A stretch of 40,981 bases of DNA from a virus (IMGVR_UViG_3300032212_000051:1-40981); one strand, 5' to 3'; shown: positions 1-8,418, numbered from the stretch's first letter. Numbers and translations: made by a program. Notes: generated from the letters alone by a model not told the origin.

Positions 1-127
1 CTAATTTTTCAATTGATATCGTAACGGTTTGATCAATATCAACCGGCGAAAACTCGACCAGGCAACGACCATCAGGCCGTGGCCAAGCAGGACATTTTGA
101 ATTAGCTTTAATGCATAGTTTGCAACT
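1..127. repeat. Terminal direct repeat, copy 1 (127 bp; circular assembly overlap)
   Basis: Identical to 40855-40981; 127 is a common assembler k-mer length. Confidence 0.95.
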
Positions 128-926
128 AGATATCATCACTCTCTCCTTTCTCAAGGGTAAATCGCTTAGCGTCGAGCTTTGCAATAGCTGTCACAATGGG
201 TTTAAGTTCATCAGGGACTTTAGAAAAATTGAGTTGATTTCGGCGCAAACTTTCGCCTTTTGTTAACAGCTCTAAATTTGAGATATCACAGTTGAGTTTG
301 TCACCATCAATAAACGTAACATTCATACCCTCGGGTACTGGTCCGTTTTCCATTTCCCAGTTAACGATATGCTTTGCTTTGTATCGAGTGGCTGCGCCGG
401 TGTAGGGATTCGTTTCCTTGATTTTGATAAGAATATATCCATCCTTCGAGCATATTCTTTCGTGACCTATAGGCTTAATGTTTTTTGGAATATGGCCTTT
501 AGTAAAATTGCCAGAATTAGGTTTAACAAGGCCTTTCGTATCTTTATTCCATGGTTTATGCCCGGAATCAAAATAACCCGTCAATCCAGATAAAAAGCCT
601 CGTCTTTTAGAAAAGTTTCTAACCTGATCAACAGAAAAAGCCGTGTCGAAGTATTCATTTAACAATGTCGTCAGTTTTACCTTACTGATTCCGATGCAGT
701 TATTTTTTAAAAACTCAATCTGTTCGTCAGTGAAAAGAATCGATTCGCCCTTCGAACATCCGCCTAATCGACCACACTTAAAACCATGGTTCTTTAATGT
801 GCCACTAATAGCGGATTTAGATTTATTAAGGCCATATTTTTTATTAAAAGCCTCTGTTAACTCAGGCAACCTCAAATCTTTATACGACTGCTCTAAAAAG
901 TTCAGTTGATCGCTGCTATATTTCAT
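126..926 (-). CDS. HNH endonuclease family protein with two tandem N-terminal helical repeats
   Basis: C-terminal KHIVNWEMENGPVPEGMNVTFIDGDKLNCDISNLELL is HNH_3-like; repeated YSSDQLNFL / FTDEQIEFL units. Confidence 0.8.
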   Translation of the reverse strand: MKYSSDQLNFLEQSYKDLRLPELTEAFNKKYGLNKSKSAISGTLKNHGFKCGRLGGCSKGESILFTDEQIEFLKNNCIGISKVKLTTLLNEYFDTAFSVDQVRNFSKRRGFLSGLTGYFDSGHKPWNKDTKGLVKPNSGNFTKGHIPKNIKPIGHERICSKDGYILIKIKETNPYTGAATRYKAKHIVNWEMENGPVPEGMNVTFIDGDKLNCDISNLELLTKGESLRRNQLNFSKVPDELKPIVTAIAKLDAKRFTLEKGESDDI

Positions 927-1183
927 TTTTTATTACCGTCACCGACAAGTTTAGGTCTATCGACACCCATCATTTCAGGGACTTGCTTAACTACGCCAGC
1001 ACCTAATGCTTTCTGAGCATCAAGAGCCAGCGCCTGAGTGTTTATTATCTCTTTCGCGACACCCGTCATCGCTTTACTGCGATCTATTTCGTTGTCCAGT
1101 TTTTTACCTTTAAGATTATCGTTATTAAGTCTCTCTAACTGTTCAAATAAATGATTATTCAAATCGACTAATTGATTTTTCAT
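923..1183 (-). CDS. Conserved phage protein usually found upstream of this HNH family
   Basis: MKNQLVDLNNHLFEQLERLN...EIDRSKAM motif; ATGA overlap with the HNH gene. Confidence 0.75.
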   Translation of the reverse strand: MKNQLVDLNNHLFEQLERLNNDNLKGKKLDNEIDRSKAMTGVAKEIINTQALALDAQKALGAGVVKQVPEMMGVDRPKLVGDGNKK

Positions 1184-1421
1184 TTTTATTACCTGCTTTG
1201 TATTTGTTGAATTTTGTCAATGTAATCTTAATGACGTCGCTCGACCGATCAGGCTCACCATGTACGCTAAATCGAGTCGCAATAACAAAATTATTCGTTG
1301 TCGATGAAACTACCCATTGATCACTATTCGCTATAAAAACAGCGCCAATATCAGGACGCAATAACACGCTTTTTTCCTGTAAGTTTGTTGAAAGTTTTTT
1401 GATCAATTTTCTGCTTTGCAT
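1155..1421 (-). CDS. Hypothetical protein (start uncertain)
   Basis: Fills the gap between neighbouring genes in the early operon; no motif recognised. Confidence 0.4.
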   Translation of the reverse strand: MQSRKLIKKLSTNLQEKSVLLRPDIGAVFIANSDQWVVSSTTNNFVIATRFSVHGEPDRSSDVIKITLTKFNKYKAGNKNEKSISRFE

Positions 1422-1629
1422 TAAAAAACTCTTTAAATTCCAAAAACTGTTTATCAGCCATTAATTTCGCCATGGCCGGATCCTGCTGTTTAATCGCAGA
1501 CCAAAGCAGCTGTTTTTTTTCATCGCTTAATTTGTCCACTGTGACGAAACGAGCTGACGATTTTTCAGACCTGACAAAAGGTTTTAATTGAATATGATCA
1601 TCAGACCAGTAACATTTCGCGTCGCTCAT
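1351..1629 (-). CDS. Hypothetical phage protein
   Basis: GAGGG RBS-like sequence upstream; operon orientation. Confidence 0.6.
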   Translation of the reverse strand: MSDAKCYWSDDHIQLKPFVRSEKSSARFVTVDKLSDEKKQLLWSAIKQQDPAMAKLMADKQFLEFKEFFNAKQKIDQKTFNKLTGKKRVIAS

Positions 1630-1676
1630 AAAAATCGCCCTCGTCAGTTTCGTCCAGTTAAACGATCTCGGTCGTT

Positions 1677-1913
1677 TTAATGCCAGTCCCTTGGTATCAC
1701 GTCAGACTCGCTTAAAATCGATCTCGATCGGTATATCGTGAAAGGAATAGAAATCGGCCATAAAACCAGCAAAATATAAAAATAAATTTCGTTCTCGCCG
1801 GTTATCGTTGTAAGACATCGCTTGCACTTATCATCAACACGCAGGCCGATCGATATCGCGCCGATCATGTAAACAATACCCAGTACAAAAAATATTAAGT
1901 TATCCATAATCAC
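1677..1913 (-). CDS. Small membrane protein (two hydrophobic segments)
   Basis: LIFFVLGIVYMIGAISIG and IYFYILLVLWPISIPF; GGAGG RBS. Confidence 0.65.
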   Translation of the reverse strand: MIMDNLIFFVLGIVYMIGAISIGLRVDDKCKRCLTTITGENEIYFYILLVLWPISIPFTIYRSRSILSESDVIPRDWH

Positions 1914-1924
1914 CTCCGATTAGT

Positions 1925-2088
1925 GAGTGTTTGTCCGGTCTATCGACAGTGAAAAGGTATTAAAAACACCGTCCCGGTCCACCGGACTGCAGGCATTAGG
2001 GGGCCTGCCCGTGCCTCACTTACATCGTTAAAATCAGTTCACCGAATGAGGCCGCGGACTGATCCGATCGCACCCTGAGGCACTGGCA
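1925..2088 (-). ncRNA. Candidate structured RNA or regulatory leader
   Basis: GC-rich intergenic region with several stems: 2011-2018/2076-2083, 1989-1994/2003-2008, 1933-1939/1981-1987. Confidence 0.4.
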
Positions 2089-2089
2089 A

Positions 2090-2290
2090 TTATTCAGCTG
2101 CGCACTCGCAAGCTATAACAACTGGCGGAATAATCATGTAACCTTGCTTTTTAAAAAATTGTTCATGCGAGCCATTTTCGAGCTCAATAAGCTGGCCGTT
2201 TCGATCTTTTATATCGTTAAAAAAATCGTTATAAATCGGGTTTTGAATTTGCCCGGACCCGTGACAGTACTGACAGTTTTTCTCGCTCAT
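2090..2290 (-). CDS. Small Cys-rich putative zinc-binding protein
   Basis: CQYCHGSG and C-terminal CEC; ATGA overlap with the upstream recombinase. Confidence 0.6.
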   Translation of the reverse strand: MSEKNCQYCHGSGQIQNPIYNDFFNDIKDRNGQLIELENGSHEQFFKKQGYMIIPPVVIACECAAE

Positions 2291-2898
2291 CCCTGTAACC
2301 TCATGCTCTCGTCAATTTCTTCATGTGTCGGTAGCGTGTAAATCATTGTCGATTTAATGTCGCTGTGACCGAGCTGGACCATGGCAACCGACAGTGGATC
2401 GCGGGCGGTACTGGTCTCGACAATGCGCTGAGCAAAGGTGTGACGAAACCAGTGAGCCGACACAGCAACAGATAAACCAGACATTTCTCGCCAGTATTTA
2501 ATCCTCGCCTGAGCAGAGCGAATCGACAGGCCTTTACCCTGCTGTCGGCTCATTAATAAAGGCGCCGATAAATCATCAGCAAATTGCAGCTCTTTACGAA
2601 TGGCCAAAAGATCCTTGAGCGCCTTAATGCCTTTTTTAGCCAGGCGCACGTTATAAGCTTTTTTGCCTTTATTGATTTGTTTTCTAACGTGTAGTTTTTC
2701 AGCGCGAATAGCCTGGCGAGCATCATGCACCGTTAAACCAACCAGGGCGCACACGCGGATCCCGCTATGGCGTAATAGCCTCATCATTGCGTAATCACGT
2801 CGGGCAGTAATATCAGAGCGATTTTTGATCACAGAAAAAAGCTGTCTCTCCTGGTCACGCGTTAAAAACCTCTCAAAGGTCTGTCGAGAATAATGCAT
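2287..2898 (-). CDS. Tyrosine recombinase, catalytic domain only (FimB/FimE-sized, 203 aa)
   Basis: SGIRV (R), HWFRH (HxxR), LGHSDIKSTMIY (H...Y); no N-terminal core-binding domain. Confidence 0.9.
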   Translation of the reverse strand: MHYSRQTFERFLTRDQERQLFSVIKNRSDITARRDYAMMRLLRHSGIRVCALVGLTVHDARQAIRAEKLHVRKQINKGKKAYNVRLAKKGIKALKDLLAIRKELQFADDLSAPLLMSRQQGKGLSIRSAQARIKYWREMSGLSVAVSAHWFRHTFAQRIVETSTARDPLSVAMVQLGHSDIKSTMIYTLPTHEEIDESMRLQG

Positions 2899-2914
2899 AG
2901 CTATACCCCCCTCT

Positions 2915-3265
2915 TTAAGCGGTCTCTAAATCGTAATAATCGACGCTAACTTTCGCGCCGATATCAATCATTAAACGCAACGGGTGACCGGCGTTATCGC
3001 ATTCCATCGCAACCGGTAAAATGTAAAGTCCGACTGATAGCAAAAACTTTTCATAACTTTCCTGAGGTATGACGACACAAACCTCAGCCGCTGGACTTCT
3101 TGCAACTATTAACGGCGTATAGGTCTCATCATATCGATCGAAATACGTTGTTAATATCGTGGTGTGATCAATCAAAACAGACTCTCCCGGCTTCAACCAG
3201 AGCCGGGTTTTTGCATCACTTTTGCATTGAATACCGTTACTAAATACTTTTGTTATCGTTGCCAT
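2915..3265 (-). CDS. Hypothetical protein
   Basis: Operon orientation; AAGGG RBS-like sequence. Confidence 0.6.
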   Translation of the reverse strand: MATITKVFSNGIQCKSDAKTRLWLKPGESVLIDHTTILTTYFDRYDETYTPLIVARSPAAEVCVVIPQESYEKFLLSVGLYILPVAMECDNAGHPLRLMIDIGAKVSVDYYDLETA

Positions 3266-3269
3266 TCTT

Positions 3270-3476
3270 TTATCCCTTTTTAACGAGTTTGTTTCTAGCG
3301 ATTATCCCGAGGCACTTTTTAACCGACGGCGAGTTAATGCTTTTTGTAAAACTCAATCGCTCTTTATTTGGCAGGCTTTGCCAGGCTTCAAATAACGCCC
3401 TCTCGTCCTGCTCGATTTCAATTCCGTGTAGTTGTAGTTGCTGCGTCATCCTGAGCTCGCTGTTTTTCAGCTGCAT
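3270..3476 (-). CDS. Hypothetical protein
   Basis: Operon orientation; start uncertain. Confidence 0.55.
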   Translation of the reverse strand: MQLKNSELRMTQQLQLHGIEIEQDERALFEAWQSLPNKERLSFTKSINSPSVKKCLGIIARNKLVKKG

Positions 3477-3588
3477 ATTTTTCCAGTGCCGGCCGCATAA
3501 AATTTAAAAGGCTTGCAGGGTTAACGCGTAACTCTTGCCCCGCTTTTAAATTCGATGTGACTTTCATCACTGGTGTTTTTTTACTCAT
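3418..3588 (-). CDS. Hypothetical protein (likely start MSKK at 3588)
   Basis: ATG overlaps the end of cII. Confidence 0.5.
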   Translation of the reverse strand: MSKKTPVMKVTSNLKAGQELRVNPASLLNFMRPALEKYAAEKQRAQDDAATTTTRN

Positions 3589-4042
3589 CACTGATCGCCT
3601 CGAGGCGGTGATAAAGTTCCATCGCACGAGAAAAGTCCTCATGCATTTCACGATGAATTTCGGTTAAATGTTTTTTGGTTATTTTTCGATCAGAGAAACA
3701 CTGTCGTAACGCGGCTGAGGTTTCGCCGATATCCTGAATCCACTCGGCATACTTATCGAGCAGTTCCGTGTCGGTGATGTTGCGATAATCGCCGAGCTTG
3801 ATAAAAATACCGCCAAGTACACGAGCCTCGGCTTCAATCAGCTGCGTGTCGCCTGTCGCGTTTTGCAAAACAATGGATTCGTCGACCGTCAGGTGATGGG
3901 TATCGACGTTCGGATTAACCTTATTAGATAAGGTGCCGGGGTTCATACCGACAAGAGGCGCCAGGGCTTTGCTACCGCCTCTATAGTCATGAACGAGTCG
4001 ATATTTCGCTTCGTCTATATCTGAAAAGGGACTGATCTGCAT
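3581..4042 (-). CDS. cII: Phage regulatory protein CII (186/CP76 family)
   Basis: GGSKALAPLVGMNPGTLSNKVNPNVDTHHLTVDE HTH signature; position downstream of the cro-like gene. Confidence 0.85.
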   Translation of the reverse strand: MQISPFSDIDEAKYRLVHDYRGGSKALAPLVGMNPGTLSNKVNPNVDTHHLTVDESIVLQNATGDTQLIEAEARVLGGIFIKLGDYRNITDTELLDKYAEWIQDIGETSAALRQCFSDRKITKKHLTEIHREMHEDFSRAMELYHRLEAISDE

Positions 4043-4102
4043 GTGAATACCTATCCTTTGTTTACATTGTTGTAACGCTCAAGGTCTGGTATTTTTCACA
4101 GC
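4041..4102 (+). promoter_or_regulatory. Putative CII-activated establishment promoter (pE-like)
   Basis: Inverted 7-mers ATGTGAA (4041-4047) and TTTACAT (4061-4067), 20 bp centre to centre; TTGTTG-17-TATTTT with extended TG. Confidence 0.55.
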
Positions 4103-4160
4103 ACATTAGCTAAACTAATGAGCGAGGAAAGGGTGACCACAATTACCAGAGACCTCAACC

Positions 4161-4198
4161 AGCCGATAAGTGTTACAGCACTTATCGGCTTTTATTTT
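4161..4198 (+). terminator. Intrinsic terminator-like hairpin
   Basis: Perfect 12-bp stem AGCCGATAAGTG/CACTTATCGGCT followed by TTTATTTT on the plus strand. Confidence 0.65.
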
Positions 4199-4375
4199 CT
4201 AAGCGGCTTGCGTATTGCCCGCCGATTTTTTCGATTTTATGAATTCGCGCATGAGGTAACGCACCTTACTCGCCACCGAATGCCCTTCGCTTTTTGCGAC
4301 TTTCTCAAAATCTTCGAGCTCGGTTTTCGGTATCGTCGAATAAACCTTAACGCTCGTCTGTTGTTTGATGTCCAT
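4199..4375 (-). CDS. Ribbon-helix-helix (CopG/Arc-like) regulator in the cro/apl position
   Basis: VKVYSTIPKTELEDFEKVAKSEGHSVASKVRYLMREFI is a strand-helix-helix pattern; GAGGT RBS before the ATG at 4375. Confidence 0.7.
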   Translation of the reverse strand: MDIKQQTSVKVYSTIPKTELEDFEKVAKSEGHSVASKVRYLMREFIKSKKSAGNTQAA

Positions 4376-4444
4376 AGCAACCTCAAAAATGTTAGTATCT
4401 GCTCTCTGCGGCAAATTTCCGGCTATTGCCGCATGTTGATTTTT

Positions 4445-4473
4445 ATATTATTTCCAAATTTGGAAACTTTCAA
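4445..4473 (-). promoter_or_regulatory. Early lytic sigma70 promoter with a palindromic operator in the spacer
   Basis: TTGAAA (4468-4473), 17 bp, TAATAT (4445-4450); the spacer holds the perfect palindrome TTTCCAAATTTGGAAA (4451-4466). Confidence 0.75.
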
Positions 4474-5201
4474 TGCTAATTTCTAAAAATGTTAATTGTA
4501 ATTTTCTATCGAGAATAGAGTTTCTATTGGGAAATCAAAAAAAACATAACTGGGGTAAAGAGCGCGGATTTAGCCCCGGCACCATCGATCGACTGTTTAA
4601 AGGCCAGATCCCGGGTCACGAAGTACTCACCGCGATCAGTATGTTTGATAACGCTTCTATTACCTGGTTAATATCTGGATCAGGCTCGCCCTTCCTGGTA
4701 GTGGCTACCTCGCAAGACGACGAATTTGCAGAGCAGCTGCAGGATCATTTATTAGCCGATCATGAAATACATATATTTAATAACCCCTCAATAAAAACCA
4801 CGGCCATCGTTTTAAGCAGACGATCAACCTATACTTATAAAGACAAAACAATTCAATTTACCGATATAAAAATCATCACCGGTTTTATCGGCATAATTAC
4901 CAGACAGTTTCTGAAAGAATGTAAAGAGCATCACAAAACGGAAAACTTAATCGTTAGTGAGTTTTGCCTGCACCGCATATCGAAAGGCATGGCGAGCATA
5001 ATGGATATTTTTAACTTTATGAATGACGCCGTAATAAAAACAATAGACTTCGATGAGGTGCCAGCTCACACGATCGATCGTCGACGGTTGCCACAAATTG
5101 AAACTCTCGATGAAAAAAAATTACTCACCGGTTTCAGGGAGATCGGTGACGACGACAAAAAAACAATATTAAATTTAGTTGATTCTTTAAAAAATAAGTA
5201 A
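4473..5201 (+). CDS. CI-like repressor (N-terminal XRE-type HTH; no S24 peptidase motif seen)
   Basis: GFSPGTIDRLFKGQIPGHEVLTAI...SITWLISGSG; divergent from RHH/cII. Confidence 0.75.
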   Translation: MLISKNVNCNFLSRIEFLLGNQKKHNWGKERGFSPGTIDRLFKGQIPGHEVLTAISMFDNASITWLISGSGSPFLVVATSQDDEFAEQLQDHLLADHEIHIFNNPSIKTTAIVLSRRSTYTYKDKTIQFTDIKIITGFIGIITRQFLKECKEHHKTENLIVSEFCLHRISKGMASIMDIFNFMNDAVIKTIDFDEVPAHTIDRRRLPQIETLDEKKLLTGFREIGDDDKKTILNLVDSLKNK

Positions 5202-5211
5202 CGGGTGACTT

Positions 5212-5598
5212 ATGAAAAAATGGATTGTATTTATCAGTGTTTTATTATCGGCCTGTGCAGGTTCACCGGCTCATATCACATCGTTGAGCGATAGCGATCT
5301 AGCCACTCAAAAACCGGCTGACCTATGCAATGCGTTTGCTCATACGAAATCGAACCGATTGAAATATGAGCTGAACAATAGACAGTTGTTTACCGCCAAC
5401 GAATGGATACTGATCAATAACAAACGCGTTAGAGTTGGCATGTCAGAGCTAGCTGTTATATGTGCCAGAGGTTACCCGACAAAAATTAATAATACTGTAA
5501 CCGAGCAAGGTGCTGTTAAGCAGTATATTTACCGCGGATACTCAAAATCACAGTACATTTATATATCGAAAGGTAAAGTCACCGCGTTTCAGGGTTAA
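5212..5598 (+). CDS. Lipoprotein, candidate superinfection exclusion moron
   Basis: Lipobox LLSAC; VRVGMS...GYPTKIN...QYIY resembles a BamE/SmpA-like fold; directly behind the repressor. Confidence 0.65.
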   Translation: MKKWIVFISVLLSACAGSPAHITSLSDSDLATQKPADLCNAFAHTKSNRLKYELNNRQLFTANEWILINNKRVRVGMSELAVICARGYPTKINNTVTEQGAVKQYIYRGYSKSQYIYISKGKVTAFQG

Positions 5599-5600
5599 CT

Positions 5601-5634
5601 TGTAGGATTTTTCCTACATATTTTTACCTATAAT
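5601..5634 (+). promoter_or_regulatory. Promoter of the protease cassette with an inverted-repeat regulator site
   Basis: TGTAGGA-TTTT-TCCTACA (5601-5618) and a perfect TATAAT (5629-5634). Confidence 0.6.
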
Positions 5635-5649
5635 ACATATAGAGTAAGC

Positions 5650-5856
5650 ATGAAAACTAATAAAGAGGTGACTATGAGCACTGAAAAGAAAGAGCAGGAT
5701 GATGCAACACAGGATTATATAAATCAATATGATCAATTCTTTACCACTCAACAGAACGTCGACGAAACACACCCTAATCTAAGAATTTGCACAGCGTTTA
5801 ACTCTTTTGAATTTTGCCAGAGCAGCAATAATACTACAGACGCTGGCGCTGAATAA
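5650..5856 (+). CDS. Small acidic protein coupled to the protease gene (likely start MSTEK at 5674)
   Basis: GAGGTG RBS before the second Met; TAATG stop/start overlap. Confidence 0.6.
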   Translation: MKTNKEVTMSTEKKEQDDATQDYINQYDQFFTTQQNVDETHPNLRICTAFNSFEFCQSSNNTTDAGAE

Positions 5857-6753
5857 TGCCAAACTGGAACACCGTATTAAACGAAATAAACGGGGAGCTT
5901 ATTAGAAATGTCGGCGCCATCGACAAAATAAGGCGGCGCTATTTAAAACAGCTTTCAAAACATACCGGTCGAAACACTATTGCATATTACTCAGGCTGGT
6001 TAAATGCTCATGCGGCTGGTCATCCTGACACCATGGTCAACGACACAGACAAAAATGCATTAATGACTACCATTCATAAGCTAGACAGATCTCAAGGCCT
6101 TGATCTTATACTGCATACTCCCGGTGGAAATTTAGCGGCGACAGAATCTCTCGTGTACTACTTAAGACAAATGTTTGGCACTGATATTAGAGCAATTATT
6201 CCTCAAATTGCAATGTCCGCCGGCACTATGATTTCATGCTCATGTAAAGAAATTGTCATGGGTAAACAATCAAGTCTAGGTCCTACAGATCCGCAAACAA
6301 ACGGTATTCCTTGCCATGGTGTCATATCAGAATTTGATAAAGCTAAAGAAGAAGTAAAGAAAGATCCATCAACGATACCAATCTGGCAAGCCATAATCGG
6401 TAAATACCATCCCACTTTTTTAGGCGAATGTAATCACGCTATTAACTGGGCTGAAAGACTGGTTAAATACTGGCATGTTTGCAGGCGAAAATAAAACTCA
6501 GGAAATTGATGCTATTAATACAGCGCTTTCTGATCATGATGAGTCAAAAACTCACTCGCGTCATTTCTCGCCAGATGATTGCGAGAATATGGGTTTAAAA
6601 ATATTCAGAATGGAAGATGATGAAAAATTACAAGATCTTATCCTAACTGTCCACCATGCATATATGCATACATTCACACAAACAAAAGCCGTTAAGATTG
6701 TTGAAAATCAAAACGGCATTGCACTCGTATTATTCAAAGCACCTGAGGGCTAA
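5856..6753 (+). pseudogene. SDH-family Clp-fold (S49/SppA-like) serine protease, split by a frameshift near 6454-6474
   Basis: LDLILHTPGG, AMSAGTMI and LGPTDPQ in 5856-6494; continuation MFAG...THSRH in the +1 frame, 6475-6753. Confidence 0.8.
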
Positions 6754-7156
6754 CATCGTCAAAGTCTTTCATGACAATCGGGGTCAGTCCTTCTAATGAC
6801 GCATTGAAATGCGGAATATCATTCGGGTCGACAATATCCTCAACCCGTGTGCCGTCTCTCAAAGCATGAATACAAGTACCGAGCCCTTTTTCGCTAACGC
6901 ATACTATTTTATGTACAACCCCTTTTTCTATTAATACAGCGGTTGCCTCTTTGTCAGCATCAACCTCATAAACGTCATCGCCGCAAGTCACCTCAAACTT
7001 TCCAAATGATAATAATGTCGGGTGATCAAAAACATGTTCATGCCCGTCCATGGTGCAACCTACACCATTAAATTCCATTATCTTTAAAGACACATTCGAA
7101 ATTACAACAAATTTACAATCGGGGGCATTCGTTTTCATATTAATAAATCCTCTCAA
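6734..7156 (-). CDS. Cupin-like protein, last gene of the tail operon
   Basis: HEHVFDH...G...IEKGVVHKI cupin metal-binding motifs. Confidence 0.7.
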   Translation of the reverse strand: MRGFINMKTNAPDCKFVVISNVSLKIMEFNGVGCTMDGHEHVFDHPTLLSFGKFEVTCGDDVYEVDADKEATAVLIEKGVVHKIVCVSEKGLGTCIHALRDGTRVEDIVDPNDIPHFNASLEGLTPIVMKDFDDVSPQVL

Positions 7157-7195
7157 ATAATAAAATTTGTATCGCTTGAATTATTGAATTTGATT

Positions 7196-7546
7196 TTAAA
7201 TAAAATTGTTTTCTATTCTTTTTTTATAATCGTCATATTCTTCATGCACCTCGTTAATTTTGAAAACCGACCCGATCAAGTTAAGAGAGACTTTCAAAGG
7301 GTTAATATAAGTGAGATTTTTACGCACAAAATCGGCATCGATCTCACCGTCAAAATCAACAGTAAAATACAAAACTCGCCTCACGACTGGCGGCGTCGGC
7401 GGAATGGTCGGTACACCAGGCGGATCAACCAAATTCGGCACAAAATTTGTAACACCTGGTTCATAATCATCAGGGTCGTCGCTTAATCCAACGCACTCAA
7501 TGACCTTATTAGCCAGATTAATAATACAAAAACCTGAATATTTCAT
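7196..7546 (-). CDS. Hypothetical tail-fibre-associated protein
   Basis: ATGA overlap with the fibre gene; Pro-rich linker. Confidence 0.55.
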   Translation of the reverse strand: MKYSGFCIINLANKVIECVGLSDDPDDYEPGVTNFVPNLVDPPGVPTIPPTPPVVRRVLYFTVDFDGEIDADFVRKNLTYINPLKVSLNLIGSVFKINEVHEEYDDYKKRIENNFI

Positions 7547-8418
7547 ACGTCTATATACCTGTATTTTATGTTGTATGAGCTGCCGCCTTTACCACCAACA
7601 ACGCGCACTCTTGGCTGGTCAGCCGTGAGCGTTGAGAGATTTGACATCACCCGAATATCGCCACCATCAATGTAGAGCATCGGCAAAAAACAATGTCCAG
7701 CCAATAATAGCCATGTCGTATTGCCTTCCGTTACCGTACCGGAATAAGTTTTAGTTGTTGTTGTGATTTTCTGACGATTGATCGCCAGATCATCAATATC
7801 TGCATTAGCAACCGTATTTTTAGCCGCTAGTGCACCAGCATCTGAAATCGTTGAAAGTAATTGCGTTTCTATTTTTTTACGATAAGCCGAACCATGCTCA
7901 TTATCTAACAGGTCAGCATTGAGACCGGTACCAGGACCGTCGGCCGTTAGTAATAACGTTAATATTTCCGCCGCCGATTGGTCGCCCGTAGCGCCTGCCT
8001 CTATACCATTAAGTTTCGATTTATCTGAGCTGCTCATAAAACCGTGAGCGAGAGTGGTTGCTAGAGCATGCAAGGTGCCACCGGCTCGACTACCGTGTGA
8101 GCTATCACCAAACCGAGCCGCCGGCAACGAGCCAGCGTTTAAATTATTTGCATTGCGATAAAAAGCTTCTGTCTGTCCGTTTAACTGGTCCGCATTGCGC
8201 ACTTTCATTTCGAACAATGTTGCTAATGCATCCCAGGCTGTACCGTTCCAGTTTTCAAAACGGTTATTTGTTACATTCCATCGCTTTGCGCCAGTCGGTA
8301 AATTAGTTAACGGCGTAACGCCGTCAAGAAACTTGATCGCCGATTGATTGTTCTCGACAATACTGGCCAATAGCGACGCGTATTGTTGATTAACGAGTGG
8401 ATTATTAAAATCTGCCAT
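7543..8418 (-). CDS. Tail fibre / receptor-binding protein
   Basis: GFMSSSDKSKLNGIEAGA and GLNADLLD fibre motifs; follows the J-like gene. Confidence 0.7.
   Translation of the reverse strand: MADFNNPLVNQQYASLLASIVENNQSAIKFLDGVTPLTNLPTGAKRWNVTNNRFENWNGTAWDALATLFEMKVRNADQLNGQTEAFYRNANNLNAGSLPAARFGDSSHGSRAGGTLHALATTLAHGFMSSSDKSKLNGIEAGATGDQSAAEILTLLLTADGPGTGLNADLLDNEHGSAYRKKIETQLLSTISDAGALAAKNTVANADIDDLAINRQKITTTTKTYSGTVTEGNTTWLLLAGHCFLPMLYIDGGDIRVMSNLSTLTADQPRVRVVGGKGGSSYNIKYRYIDV

Noticed and set aside
1-127. Biological terminal repeat or att duplication
   Set aside because: The length equals a common assembly k-mer and the repeat falls mid-ORF, so it is best explained as circular overlap
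1925-2088. Known self-cleaving ribozyme or tRNA
   Set aside because: No hammerhead CUGAnGA/GAAA core and no T-loop/CCA cloverleaf could be identified by eye
4118-4486. 122-aa plus-strand ORF
   Set aside because: Overlaps the RHH gene, the hairpin and the operator; no motif, although it does lie downstream of the putative pE
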